Under the pieces are notes generated by a model. It worked only from the letters and a program-made list of their open reading frames with translations. It had not been told where the DNA came from and ran no database searches. Shown here piece by piece: positions 25,899 through 39,100 of a DNA stretch of 64,000 nucleotides. Positions within the stretch are counted from its first letter, which is position 1. Each line of letters opens with the position of its first letter. This DNA comes from Eledone cirrhosa (taxonomy: Eukaryota). The stretch is from the NCBI GenBank assembly GCA_964016885.1, contig OZ024741.1, positions 197,594,001 through 197,658,000 of the forward strand. The letters are read 5' to 3'. The position numbers were made by a program, and so were the translations under genes.

Positions 25899-28800
25899 AT
25901 GACCTCACTCAGAATAGGCAGCATAAATGCGCGTGGCCTGGGGTCATCATGGAAGCAGGGCCACCTGCTCAACGACCTCAGGTCACTAAATATAGATATG
26001 GTGGCCATCAGCGAGACCAGAATCTCCGAAGCACGAGCCTTCGCACCAATCTTCGGCAGCTACGATGTGTACGCATCTCCCAGCCGTCCTGGATCGGGGA
26101 GAGGAGTTGCTGTGCTTTTTCGGAGAGGTTTGGATCTCGTCATGCGGACCATCTTGCTGAACCCAGAAAGTAAGTTGGTGGTGCTGGACGTCACCAGCGG
26201 AGACGGGCAAGCTTTCAGGCTAGTGGCCGTCTATGCCCCGACAGGAGCAGGGCGGCCTGATTTCTTCCGGCGTCTGGAGACTTTTCTTGGAACGTCCCGC
26301 TCTTTAGTGTTAGTGGGCGACTGGAACGGGATCTTAGATGCACGCTGGGACTGTGTGGGATTAGAGGATAGAGGAGGAGGGTGGAAAAGCCTCGCAAACC
26401 TGCTCAGACGGTTTCAACTGTCTGACAGGTACCGTCTGGATTTCCCGAATGTGCCAATGTGGACATGTACAAACCGCATCGGGTCATCCAGATCATATCT
26501 AGATAGAGTATTTTGTAGGGAAATAGATAGGTCTAGCATAGGCTGTCCACATTTCAAAATAGTCGACTACACGGACCACAAATTCGTGATCTGTGAGGTT
26601 GATTTAGATAGGATTCATAGACAGGGACCCGGCTACTGGAAGCTAAACGCGTCATTAACAGCGCGCAAGGCCTACAGAGACCGGATTAGCGAACTATTTA
26701 TGTGGGCGTTGACGGGGCCATCGTCAACAACAAGTGGTGGTTTGCTCTGAAAAGAGCGATTAGAATAGAATCCATTAGGTTTAGTAAGGCTTTAGCAATA
26801 GAGAAAAATAGAGCAGAGGGAGAACTAGTTAAAAAATTAGACGGCGCTTAGTAAAGGCATCGCGATCGACGTACTTGCGGCGAAATTGGCGCTTGACCAA
26901 TTCTTCGATGCAAAGCACGAAGGCTGCGTTGTCAGAGGTAGGGTGCGTGCTCTCATACCGAGGGTACGAAAGCCGTTCAATGGGCCCGAGTGGCGGAGGC
27001 GCGTCGTGGCAACAAAGCCACGATCCGGCCTTGGGTGGACCACGACGGGCGCATGCTACTCGATCCCGGGCAAATGTATGAAGCTTTTCAGCGACACTTC
27101 AGCGGTGGACCGGATCGAGGGATGAACTTTAGTGCCTAACTCGACGGACTGCCGCGGCTCTCGGCCACTGAGGCGGAGTGTTGCAACAAGCCGATAACAG
27201 CCGCTGAAATACGGATGGCAATAACTGGCTGCACAAGGGGTAAATCGCCTGGTTTGGATGGTCTGCCCTATGAACTTTACGTACAGATGCCATACTTGTT
27301 CGGAGGCCTCTTAGCGGACGTCTACTGCAACTGGCAACAGAACGGGAGAATTCCCAGCTCTGTGAGCCGAGGAGCTGTGGCACTGCTGAGAAAGGATCCG
27401 AACAAGGGGGATAACATAGATAATTTCAGGCCCATAACTCTGCCAAACACAGAGTTCAAGATTTTGGCCAAGGTGCTAGCAAAGAGGTTGGCGCTTGTCG
27501 TTGGTGGTCTGGTGACATGCGTCATTCCAGACAGATCCATCCACGACAACCTCCACCTCATGCGATACATCGTGGAGAGGGTAGCTAGGGAACCTGGCAC
27601 GGGTGGGTCCTTGATCAATTTAGATCAGTCGAAACTTTCGATAGGGTCGACCATCGTTATCTGGCGGCAGTCCTGAGGGGCGGCTGGCTTTGGGCCCGTC
27701 TTCAGAGGCTGGATCGCTGCCATGCACAGCGACATCTGCTCTGTGGTGAGACTGAACGGTCACCTTTCGGAACCGTTCAACATCATGCGCTCGGTCCGCC
27801 AAGGATGTCCCCTCTCGTCCCTTTTGTTCGTATTGACTCTTGAGCCATTACTGCACAAACTGGAGACGCTGAGGGGGGTCCCGCGCGAACTAGGATGCGG
27901 AAGATCCGTGTCAGCATATACGGAAGATGTCACCGTAGTGGTGTCGAACGCCAAACACATCGAGGCGATCGGCACTACACTAAGAGAATACGAAGCGGTG
28001 ACAGGAGCAATGATCAACCAGGAAAAGTCGGTGGGCCTGCAGCTCGGCACAAGGAGAGGCAGGTTCATGCCGTCCAACAGAGTCGTCGGGCGCTGGACGG
28101 ACGGACCGGTTGAATTGCTAGGGGTCTGGTTACATCTGGACCTCCAGACGGACAAAAACTGGGACGAGGTGACGAGCAAGGTAGCTTCTCTCACCCAGAG
28201 TGGAAGCTATCCCTGAAAGGTCGACCAGAGGTGGCTAACGCGTACATCGCGTCCGTCATCTACTACCGCCTGACCGTCGTGCCTTGTCCTAAGCCTCACC
28301 TAACTGCGCTGGAGCGTTTGCTCTTTCGCTTTTTGTGGAAGGGACGCGCTCCGAAGATCAGGCGGTCCATCTGCTGTCAACACCCGCTACGTGGAGGGCT
28401 GGGCATGCTGTGGCTGATGATGCGCAGACACGCGCTCAGGCTACGACATCTCCACCTCTTCCTCGACGGTGATCAGGTCTGGTCGCCGTTTGCTAGACGC
28501 GTCTTTCCCCAGCTCGTCGCCTTGACGGAGCTGCAGTCCTGGGTCAAGCGAATACTGAGAGGGAGCGCTTGGAGACTAGAATGTCTTCAGGCGCTCGCAA
28601 CTCTTAACCAGTCTGGCAATATGAACGGTGGAAACTCCACCTTGGCGTTCTATAGAGGATTAGTGGAGGTGAAGAGTAACGACGTACTCGGGGAAACTAT
28701 AGGCGTCGACGAAAATCAACTAGCCTCGGAAGAACTCTCGGGCCGGGGCATATGGACAATTTCCAGAAATCCCTGGCCTGGCAGTGCTACCGAGGAGCTT

Positions 28801-29267
28801 TGCCAGTTCGGGATAAACTCTACAGGCATGGAAGTGCCGTCCGTCGGGCATGTTCGAGATGCGCACAGGGCGACGAAACCGTCCTGCACGCACTCGTTCA
28901 GTGTCTGAGCATTGCTGACTTGTGGGTTTATGTCGAACACCTGCTGTCGCGTGTAGGACAGATCCGAGTAGCAGCTGAGTCCATCGTGAGGGTTGCCCCG
29001 ACCTCTTCCTTTAACTGGGAAGGGCAGGAACTTTTTATCTGTCTGGTGGCCATGGCGAAAGAGATAGTATGGTGGACACGTCTGAAAGGACTGAAGACGA
29101 GCACTTACCTCTTCGGTGATGCCCTGATTAACTTTTTCAAATTTCATTTCAAAAGGAAAATCAGGGTAGAGAGAGAAGTGCTCTTTTCCCAGCATTTTGT
29201 TGAAAGATGGGTGAGAGAGGCAAGAATGTCCCGAGTGAATGGGCCTACTCTGAGTATGTGTCTGTAA
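25899..29267 (+). pseudogene. Tx1 ORF2: APE endonuclease, reverse transcriptase, zf-RVT
   Basis: GSINARGL, ISETR, VYAP, VGDWN, SYLDR, TDH (APE); KSPGLDGLP, NFRPITL, RQGCPLS (RT); LAWQCYRGALP..C..C..ETVLHALVQC. Confidence 0.93.
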
Positions 29268-29285
29268 ATTGAAGGTGGAAAACTG

Positions 29286-31900
29286 TTTGTTAGCTCTTTC
29301 TGTGTATTTTCCATACAGAGGCTTTTCTTGCCATTTCTTTGCCAGTTTCTGTAGCAGTTCTTTCTTTGCAGTTACTTTTACCTGCTTTGCTTTTTCTGTG
29401 TTTTTCATTTCAGCAGTTAAGGGAACTTCTGAAATTTGTAGTCCATTACTGTATCTTTGTGCATCTTTTGTAATGGAGTATGATCTTTTGATGCTTTCAT
29501 GTTTCAAAACGAGTTTGATCATCCAATCATGTGCCTCCCTTAGATATGTAGATAATCCAATTATTGCAGTTTTCAAAGCAATATCTAACTGGATTAATCC
29601 ACGTCCTCCTTCTTTCCTAGGGAGATATATTCTATCTGTATCTGCCTTAGGGTGATGCATTTCGTGCATGGTTAAGAATTTTCTAATTTTTGTATCGAGC
29701 CTACGGATATCTATGCTTGACCAGTTGAAACTGTAGGTTACTACTGGTATGGCAGGCGTGTTTATGGCATCGATCCTATTCCTTGCATTCAACTCCATTC
29801 TTAATATTGCTCTTACTCTGCGGTAACATTCCTTCCTTATCCTTTCTCTCATTGTCGAGTGCTCGATTCCGTCTCCTTCACAGGCACCTAGATATTTGTA
29901 AGTTTCCTCTTGATCAAGTTCTCTTATCACATTCCCTCGATCAAGATTAATGTCTGAACTTCTCAGCAATTTTCCTCTGGTGAACGTGACTTTGGCGCAT
30001 TTATCTAGTCCAAACTCCAATATCATGTACCGCTTCACAGTGGATAATAGCCCTTGCAATTGCTCATCATTTTTTTGCAAATAGTTTCAGGTCATCATTT
30101 AGAACAAGTGATTAATGGTTTTGTCATAGACTTTATATCCATGTTTTGTTTCATTGAGCATTTTACTTAATGGTATAAGTGCGATGCAGAATAAAAGCGG
30201 TGATAAAGAGTCACCCTGAAAAATTCCACAATTAATATTAACTTCTCCAGCTTCCAGTAATTTATTTTTAATATTCAAAAGGAGTGTTGTTTTGCATGTT
30301 TTTATACTGAATAACAGGAACCTCCTGACAACGGGAGATATTTTGAAAATCACTAAACACTCTTCAATCTTTTTGTGGAAGGGACGCGCTCCGAAGATCA
30401 GGCGGTCCATCTGCTGTCAACACCCGCTACGTGGAGGGCTGGGCATGCTGTGGCTGATGATGCGCAGACACGCGCTCAGGCTACGACATCTCCACCTCTT
30501 CCTCGACGGTGATCAGGTCTGGTCGCCGTGACTTTGAGGCAAACTATCGAATGCTTTTTTGTAATCTATCCACGCAATTGATACATTTTTGTGTCTATTA
30601 TGACAATCTTCCAGTATCATTTTCTTAACCAAAATCTGCCTCGTTTACACCATTTCTGCTCATTGGGAAATAGATCATTTGTTATCAGGTGATCATATGT
30701 ATATTCAGTTAGGACTGATGTTAAAATTTCATACAAGCAAGTTATTTTGGGGATTATTTGTCTCATCATTCTTCGGAAGTAGGAATGTAATGCCGTTAAC
30801 TAGCCATGATGGTATCTTTTCTGGCTCCTTAACCATTTCATTCTAAAGTTGGGCTAACAGCTCATGAGACTCTGTGAAGGCATTTATCCAAAAATTTGGT
30901 ATTTTGTCTTTACCTGGGGATTTTCTAAGAGCTAAACGCAGATGTTCAACTGTTATATTTTCCCATGTTTGTTCCTCATGGGGCCTGTATGTTATTAACT
31001 TTTTCTTCAGCCCAGATCTTTTCCCAGAATTCTTGCACTTCCTCCTTGGGTGGTATTGATTTAGCAGTTATTGTTGACTTGCCAATTTGACTGTAGAAGT
31101 TTTTTTGGTTGTTTTTGAATATATTATTGTCCTTATAGAATCTAGAGCGTTTTTCAAAGCGCCTTATACGAGCATCTTTGGCCGACTTTTTGCTTGATTG
31201 TTTCTATCAGCATGTCTATGTCACTTGTTGATTTTATATTGTATTTTCTTTTCAATTTTCTGAGTTTAGTTTGTTTAACACGTTCACCTACTTTATAGTT
31301 TGCTAAAGTTTCTATGTCAGATCGGAGAAGGTTTATTTGTCGATTGATGTTCTCTTACCAAGTAGGTTTTTTTGTGGGAATTCCTTTGTTTTTTCATTTT
31401 CACTCCACATAAGTGAGTGGTGACTTTAGCCGATGCAAAGTAGAGATGATTTAGATCAGTAATGTTTAGTTTATTTGTGATGATAATGTTTTTGAGAGCT
31501 ATGTTAGTCTTGGTTTTGTTTGGAGTTCTGGATCTTAGGGAGAGTGTCTCGTTCCCCCATGTCAGATTCTTTCATCCATTCGATCATAATTTCATTCTTC
31601 AAGTTGGCCAGTTCATTCACATTCATTTCTTTATCATTGATGATCTCATTGTTTTCTTTTTGAGTTTCATCTTGAGCATGCACACCTTCTACTTTTTCGA
31701 TCCTTTCTTTAATTTGTTCTGCTGTCAGTGATTCCGCCTCGACCCTGGGATTTAAAGTGTTACAATTTACTTGTTGCATACTTTGAAAAGGGTCGTAGGA
31801 CTTCTGTATTTGTCCTGTGAAGGGGTGACTGTATAACATTTGGGCCTTTTGGCCCAAATATTTGAACTTTGTGAAAAAAAAATCTCGAAAAAGAAAAAAA
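29286..31900 (-). mobile_element. Third R4/Dong-like element, decayed, 3' end deleted, interrupted by a Tx1 segment
   Basis: DYKKAFD (~30545-30570), GIFQGDSLSPLLF (30099..30410), FGLDKCA, YKYLG, HPKADTDRIYLPRKEGGRGL (28716..30080). Confidence 0.88.
30369..30529 (+). repeat. 161-bp exact copy of Tx1 segment 28329-28489
   Basis: Base-for-base identical by eye, offset 2040 bp. Confidence 0.9.
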
Positions 31901-32077
31901 AAATATGGCTGAGCTATGCACCCCAACTTTAATCTGCTGTCGTGTAACAGTGAACTAAATGTTGAGAGGAGGGAAACAGCAAACACATTAATTTATACTA
32001 CAAACACATTTAACAACACCACCACAAACAACATGAACAACTACAGCGACAACGAAACGACAGACAACAGAAATAAT

Positions 32078-32189
32078 TGTTTCTACTTTAGGCACAAGGC
32101 CAGCAATTACCCAGTGCATTACTGGTACTTTATTTTATCGACTCCGTAAGGATGAAAGGCAAAGTCAACCTCGGCGGGATTTGAACTCA
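32078..32189 (-). mobile_element. SINE family A, 5'-truncated, with 18-bp TSD
   Basis: acagacaacagaaataat at 32060-32077 and 32190-32207. Confidence 0.9.
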
Positions 32190-32285
32190 ACAGACAACAG
32201 AAATAATGGCAACAAAAATAACAATGAAATTAACACCACTAACAAGAACATAAACAACGATAGCACCAACAGCAACAATACAAAC

Positions 32286-33425
32286 TGGGTATGCCGTGCT
32301 TAATGATGCGCAGACATGCGCTGAGGCTGCGGCATCTCTAGGTATTCTGCTTAAACAGCGAACAGGTGTGGTCGCCGTTTTCTGACGGGCCTTTCCGCAG
32401 CTTGTCTCTGACTGAGCTGCATTCCTGGGTCAAGAAGGGACCGTGACTGAGTGACTGGCATCTGGAATGTTGCCAGTCACTCACTGCTCTCTACCAGGCA
32501 GGCAATGCGGTCAATGGAACTTCCACTCTCGAGTTCTATAGAGGATTAGTGGTGGGTAAGTGCGACGACGCACTCGGAGAGACTCTGGTCGTCGGCGAAG
32601 TCGAATTAACCAGTCTGTTCCAGTCTGCTCTGGTCGTCAACAACAGCTGGTGGGAGCCTCTTGAGAGATTAGAGTAATGTCGATAGTTTTCAGCATAGAA
32701 GTAGCGTTAGAGAAACATAGAAAGGAGGGGGAGCTAGTAGCTAAATTAGACGAGGCTATTTGTAGTGGCATTGCAACTGAGGTGTTAGCGGCGAATATGG
32801 CATTAAACCATTTCTTCAATGCGAAATACGAAGGTTGCATTGTCAGAACTAAGGCGTGTGATCTAAGAAACGAGAGAACCAAAATTGTTCGATGGGCCCG
32901 CGTGGCAGGGTAGTAACAAAAGTACAATTCGGTCTTTGACGGACCGAGACGGACACGAGCTGGGCGATTCCAAGCAGATGTGTGAGGCCTTTCGCCAGCA
33001 ATTTTCTCGGCTGTACGAGGGGAGTGGCGGAATTCAGTCCCTATCTCGACGGCCTATCGCTTCTCTCGACGACCGATGCTGCGCGCTGCCAGTCGGCTGC
33101 ATGAAACGCAAGTCACCCAGTTTGGATGGTCTATCCTACGAGCTTTACGTAGACATGCCTGACTTATTGTCCGATCTCCTCGAAGCGCTCTACTGCTACG
33201 GGCAACAGAATGGGAGTATTCCCAGTTATTTGAGCTGAGACGTAGTGACGTTGATGAGGAAAGACAAGAATAAGAGGGACACGTTAGATAACTTCAGGCC
33301 CATAACGCTGCTCAACACAAAGTTTAAGATTTTGGCCAAGGTGTTAGCGAAGAGGTTGACGCTTGACGTCGAGGATTTGGTAGAAGAGGCGCAAACTTGC
33401 GCAATCCTGACCAGGTCCATACGAG
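32286..33425 (+). mobile_element. Old degenerate Tx1 ORF2 fragments in scrambled order
   Basis: 32286-32620 matches the post-RT region (LMMRRHALRL). 32640-33425 matches the pre-RT/RT region (KSPSLDGLSYE, NFRPITLLN). Confidence 0.85.
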
Positions 33426-33499
33426 TGATAGAAGGCAATAATTGAGTGCATGAATTGCAGGAGTTGGTGCAGTAATGGGCCAGCTTCATTATTCGGTAA

Positions 33500-33980
33500 T
33501 TAGAAGAAAGGATGTAGGTATAAAAGCCAAAGTCGCTATCTTTAGTTCGGTAATCGTGCCAGCCCTTACACATGGTCATGAATCTTGGTTAATGACCGAA
33601 AAAATACGATCACGAATGCAAGAGGTTGAAATGTGATTCCTCCGAAGTGTCTCTAGAGTAACATTACTCGATAGAATGCATATCTCAGAGATCAGAGAGT
33701 TACCCTAAGTAGAGCCGCTACTTTTCCGAAAGAATCGCTGGACAGATTTTACAGGCAGGAGACCCGTGGGTAAACTTCCAGCAAGCTGGATGGATAACAT
33801 CCATGAGCTTGGCTGGTCACGTTTGGGGATACAGCCGGATCAGTTAGAGACAGTTGCTTCTGACAAGATCCGATAGAATAGGTGGGCGAAGAAGAAGAAG
33901 AAGAAGAAGAAGAAGAAGAAGAAGAAGAAGAAGAAGAAGAAGAAGAAGAAGAAGAAGAAGAAGAAGAAGAAGAAGAAGAA
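33500..33980 (+). mobile_element. RTE-clade LINE 3' remnant followed by (GAA)n
   Basis: PALTHGHESWLMTEKIRSRMQEVEM*FLRSVS.VTLLDR, RRP.G...WMDNI; (GAA)n at 33888-33980. Confidence 0.75.
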
Positions 33981-35189
33981 TAATTCCATTACTACCAACA
34001 CGGTAACCACTACTATCGAAATAACTACAACACAACCAGCATAATGAAGTGGACTGTCAACCACATAAAATAAAACCACAAGCACAGCAACAACAACAAA
34101 AACAGCTAAAGAAGCAACAAGTACTAGAAAATAAGTAATAGCTACCCCATAATTACACCAACATCCGAAATAACAGGAAGAGAGCACAGACAAAACAATC
34201 TCAGCAAAAATAATCAAGTATAGAGTAACAAACAAGCTGCTATCACTACAGCAATAACAAGTAAACAGAGAGCCATAACCACCACAGCAAATACGAAAAA
34301 AACAAACAAAAAAAACAAACAAACAAAAAAACAAAACAAAAACCCCCACATATAACAGCAATAACACACAGATAAACTAACTTATCTACAATCTTCTCAG
34401 ACGGAAGAACGATGTGTTGATGAAATACAAAGTGATACACACATAAAGGCTGGATTGTGAAGGAGCTTCTCTCAAAAGCGATATCCGACACGTCTTGGGG
34501 GAAGACCACATTATAGGTCAACAATCATTTACTGAACACGTTTCTAGGAAATGTAGGGGATTTCAAAGTGGAAGTAGTTCATTCAATACTGAAAACGATG
34601 CTTGGGAAATCCCGAAAATCTGATTACTCTGTTTCCCCAAATAAAGGGAAAGTGCTATTTTCCTCTTCTTATACATGGAAAATGACTGTACTGGAAGCAC
34701 ACACAAAATGATTGTAAAATGACTGACGGCAGACACTTGCCCCTTCGGCTAGGTCCTAATCAAATTTTACAAGTGAGGGTGACAAATATGCGTTTGCAGG
34801 ATAGGGAAAGGCAGCAGAAAGAGAAAGTAGGAGGAAGAGAGATTAAGAGAATTAGAGAGTGAGAGGGGAAGGTACTTGCCCTTGGTGATCAAGACTTTCC
34901 GGAATCCGTGGAGCTTCTTGATTGGCTTTAAGTGGAAGTCCCCTGTCCACCCATTGAGGAATTTTCGTTTTCGTTATTTTATTTTTGCACATATCTAAAA
35001 TCCCACTGATTTGTATACTTGCCTTTGTACCCCCCCTCTTTGTTTTATGAGTCTTTGTGGTAAAAAAAGAAATCATATTTGTTAGTGTCGGTATTATTGC
35101 TATTGTAGTTGTTATTCTCCTCCAGTTCCTCATCCTCCTCCACATCTTCTTCTTCTTCTTCTTCTTCTTCTTCTTCTTTTGGTTGACAG

Positions 35190-35399
35190 AATTAGTAGAG
35201 CGTCGGACAAAGTACCTTGCGGCATTTGTTCCCACTCATTGCATTCAAAGTTTAAATCCCGCCTTGGTCAACCTAACCGTTTATTATCACGGGGTCAATA
35301 AAATATAGTAACGGTAACGCACTGGGGTCGGCTTAATTGATTTTCCTTGACTTCAAAATTGTTGGCCTTGTGACTAAATCATAAAACATTATTATTATT
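35190..35399 (+). mobile_element. Diverged SINE family A-like copy with ATT tail
   Basis: tRNA-like head cagaattagtagagcgtcggac...gtttaaatcccgcc; 3' end ggccttgtgactaaatcataaaacattatt. Confidence 0.7.
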
Positions 35400-37837
35400 G
35401 CTTTTGTTGTCGTCGTCGTCATGAATTTGAATACTTTGGAAGCAACTAGGAAATGAAATACTTTTCCATAAGCTTCAACCACTTCCAATTTCCGTTGTTT
35501 GTTATGAGAGTAAATAAAGTGAATATAGGTTTCAATTGTTTAAAATATTTTATAACAGATATCTGGTGGAGACTTAACCTACCTAGATCTCCTTCAGTCT
35601 GCAGAGCACTAACATTATCAAATGTAGGATATATTCAGATTGCGTATGTCTAATGATTTTATTTCCTTATAAAGTTGTTTTACATTGGATTACTATAGAA
35701 TCCTGTCATATTTTGTCATAATCTTTTTAGTAGATAGTTCTAAGATATTATTTTCGAATTATGAAAATGTCCAGCAGTAAGCTGAATGAAGATAATGTAC
35801 ATTGAGCTTTGTTTTAATAAAATTGGTCTCAACATTTTTTTCAATTCCGTATACAATCTCGCTTCATGTTCAAAACTTGACAAGTAACCTTCAAAAGACA
35901 TTTCAATTAAGTATCAGTCAACTGCAAATGTCATGTTGCTACTCCTCCTTCTTTGACTAAACCATATAAAAATGGTAGTAACATACAGATACTACGCAGA
36001 TTAAGGAATCGAGCCTACGATACTACAACAATTTCGTTCATGAAAAATGTATAATTTACGTAATCACTTCTCATTGAGAATATAGATGTTTTATATCTTC
36101 AGAAGAACTTGCATAATGCTTAAATGGATTATAAAAAGGCAACAGTCACTGTACCGTATTCATGAATCTTAGAATCAGTTAATATATGTAAATTATTGTC
36201 TGTTATAGGATTCACGAAGTAGTAGCTTTCAAAAATGGAGGACAAATATGGACTAAATCACAAGGAAAGTCTCACACGGCTCCGGAATATCTTTCATCTC
36301 TCGGACCATGCTCGCCACTCAGCCAATTTTCAACAGATCTGCTGGAAGACAGCACTTCCCTCTCCATCCTCAATTTCCTTTACTAGTGAAACTTGAAAAA
36401 GTTAATGAGGGCTTGGCCAAAGAGAAACGTGTCTTATACCTCTCTAGAATATCTTAGAGATATTTGGGACCAAATGTTATTTAGAGTCAACTCTATGCTC
36501 ACTACCTGCTCGTATTCAGCTGCAATGCTGACAACAAGCAAAGGGCCAGTGTCTCTTAGCATAGCTTAAGTTTTCTGCACTCATTCCCGGCTCCAACCCC
36601 AACAAAAATGCAGCATATTACACAGTGACTGCCCCTTAAAGTGCCACACCCTAAAAGTGTCATCGTCCCAGCTACCAATATCCCTATGTTTGACCCTTGT
36701 GTTTCGTCTCCTTATTATTGTGACATCACCCTGTAAGCAGGCAAAGAGTAGAAACATATTCCCAGCCGTTCTACCTCGGTTGTTAGAACATATATCATGC
36801 CATACATTGGCTAGTTTTTCTTCCCACTATTCATTTGACTACGTATTGAAGACTCAGTTGCTTGAAAATCAGAACGGTGTTACTCTTTTTCTTGTCTGTT
36901 CCTCGATGTTTTTTCTAAGTCAGTCACTGTACCGTATAACATACTTCTATATTCTTTTCTTTTGTGTGAGCTAACCTATCAGTCACTTCCTGGAGAATAG
37001 CGATACTAGTAAAACTAATGTCGTCCTTATTATTAAAGTTATTTAAAATGATGCTTATTGAAACGTAAATGTTTGCTGTGTATGGCTTGTTGAATTGTAT
37101 TCATTTTTTTTTCTTTTCCGTCTCCTTTTGCCATGAACAACATCATACTGAACTCTCTAAGTAGATGATGTTGTTAATTGTATTCGTATACTCCACGATT
37201 AGCGACAGAGTAGATGCAAACTGGGGTGTGTCACGGCGGTCAGTCGTTAATAAATAACGGAAGTGATATGTTTTCACAATCTCTGCACTCCCTGGTTAAG
37301 CTCCCATTCAACCCATTCTTAAGTGACACTGAGCACTCTTCCCGAAACCCCACGCTTTCATTACATTTTAGATAGTTCATAGTTTAAGAAAGTATTTCCA
37401 ACAAGTAACTAAGTTATTCTTACTTGCATTTAATATTTTGTGATAATCACTCCAGTAGAAAAAAACAAAATAAAAAAAAAACGTGGAGTGTGATTGTTTT
37501 TGAGAGAAGAAGCTATTTAATGTTTGAGTAGAACCCTTCAATTAAAAACAGCTGCAGCGAAAATGGTAAACAAAAGATAAAATTCAACCTTGATTAATAT
37601 GAAAGCAAAAATAGGAATGGTGAATGTCAGAATGTCGAAAATTGTTCTTTCTCGTGACAAGTAATGCATCACATGAAAGAAAACTAAAAACATTCTGGCA
37701 GCAGTTTTTAATATTTACTGAACGATGATTAAGAATTCATTAACTGCCATCATCTTCTTCTTCTTCTTCTTCTTCATCATCATCCTCATCGGCGGCAGTG
37801 GCAGTAGCTCCAGCAATGTCAGCATTATTAGTTATCA

Positions 37838-38286
37838 TATCGGTAGAGGGTCGGACGCCATGCTTAGACGCATAGAGTTACGGCCCTTGCCATTCTGAGT
37901 TCAAATCCCGCCGAGGCTAACTTTGCCTTTCATCCTTACGGGGTCGATAAAATAAAGTACCAGTAATACACTGGGTATTTGCTGGCCTTGTGCCAAATTA
38001 GAAACAATTATTAGCATTATCCTGCCGAGGTTAACTTTGCCTTTCATCCTTACGGGGTCAATAAAATAAAGTACCAGTAATGTACTGGGTAATTGCTGGC
38101 CTTGTGCCTAAAGTAGAAACAATTATTAGCATTATCGTCAAGAGCACAGGTTTCCGCAGCAGGAAGTCCCTTTTCTCCGGTTGCACTTTCCACTAACATC
38201 CTTACGGGGGTCGATAAAATAAAGTACCAGTAATGCACTGGGTTATTGCTGGCCTTGTGCCAAAAGTAGAAACAATTATTAGCATC
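37838..38286 (+). mobile_element. Three tandem SINE family A units
   Basis: Units at 37838-38020, 38022-38135 and 38197-38286, each ending agaaacaattattagcat. Confidence 0.9.
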
Positions 38287-38772
38287 ATCACCTTTGATAT
38301 CATTCTCATCACCACTGTTATCATTACCATCCCTATATCATCATCATCATCAGCAGCAGCAGCAGCAGCAGAAGAAGAAGAAGAAGAAGAAGAAGAAGAA
38401 GAAGAAGAAGAAGAAGAAGAAACAAGATTATCTTTCCCTAGCTTCTCGCCTCATCAAAATCATCAACACTACTATTATTATTATTCCCATCACTGCCGTC
38501 ATTGATCAAACGTGTTGCTGTTTACTGCAGGAATGTTTTAATTCGCAGTTGTGTATTCAGATATGCTCCACCAACAAACAGCACTTACTATATGCTACCG
38601 TTGCTATCTAAAGCAGATCTAAACATTGAATTTTCACTTAGAAATGTATGACACCATCAGTTGTGGAACAGCTCCCCACTTTTCCATGTGCACAAACTTA
38701 TCTATTACTATCACAATAAATTCCCGAAAAATGAGGTCTAGCCATACAAGTATTACTTTGACATTTGTGTGG

Positions 38773-39100
38773 TGGGCAGCGAATTGGCAGAGTCGTTAGA
38801 ACGTCGAGCAGAATGTTTTGCGCTATTCGTCCCGGCTCTTTGCCCGACGACAGCTTTACCGTTAATCCTTTTGAAGCTGATAAAAAAGTAGCAGTCCTGT
38901 ACTTGAGTCGATTCTTCTTCTATATCTCTCTCTCACTTGCTCTCTCTCCCCCCTCTCTCTCTCACGCACACTCTCTCTCTCTCTTCACTCTCCTTCTCTG
39001 AATAAAAATTGGTTGCTGAGACCTGGCGAGGGATTATTTACACTAGGTTTAAAATGCCCAAGAAACGTCTATGTCATTATTAACGGCACCACCCCTGCAA
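38773..39100 (+). mobile_element. SINE-like family B (tRNA head, CT tract, conserved 3' domain)
   Basis: Same architecture at 42487-42850, 44455-44660, 46627-46995 and 59788-60080. Confidence 0.65.

Larger units (their letters stand above)
23830..29285 (+). mobile_element. Near full-length L1/Tx1-clade LINE (subfamily Y), inactivated; 3' UTR lost
   Basis: ORF1 region 24034-25864 followed by ORF2 25899-29267 (APE, RT, zf-RVT) with several frameshifts and stops. 5' boundary approximate. Confidence 0.92.

Noticed and set aside
28716-30080. 454-aa ORF that looks like a novel RT fusion protein
   Set aside because: It is an R4 RT fragment reading through a deletion junction at 29285 into antisense Tx1 sequence, i.e. 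an accidental chimera.
37838-38286. Repeat-spacer pattern resembling CRISPR, and SINE heads resembling tRNA genes
   Set aside because: Eukaryotic SINE units with no cas genes. Heads have A/B boxes but no full cloverleaf.
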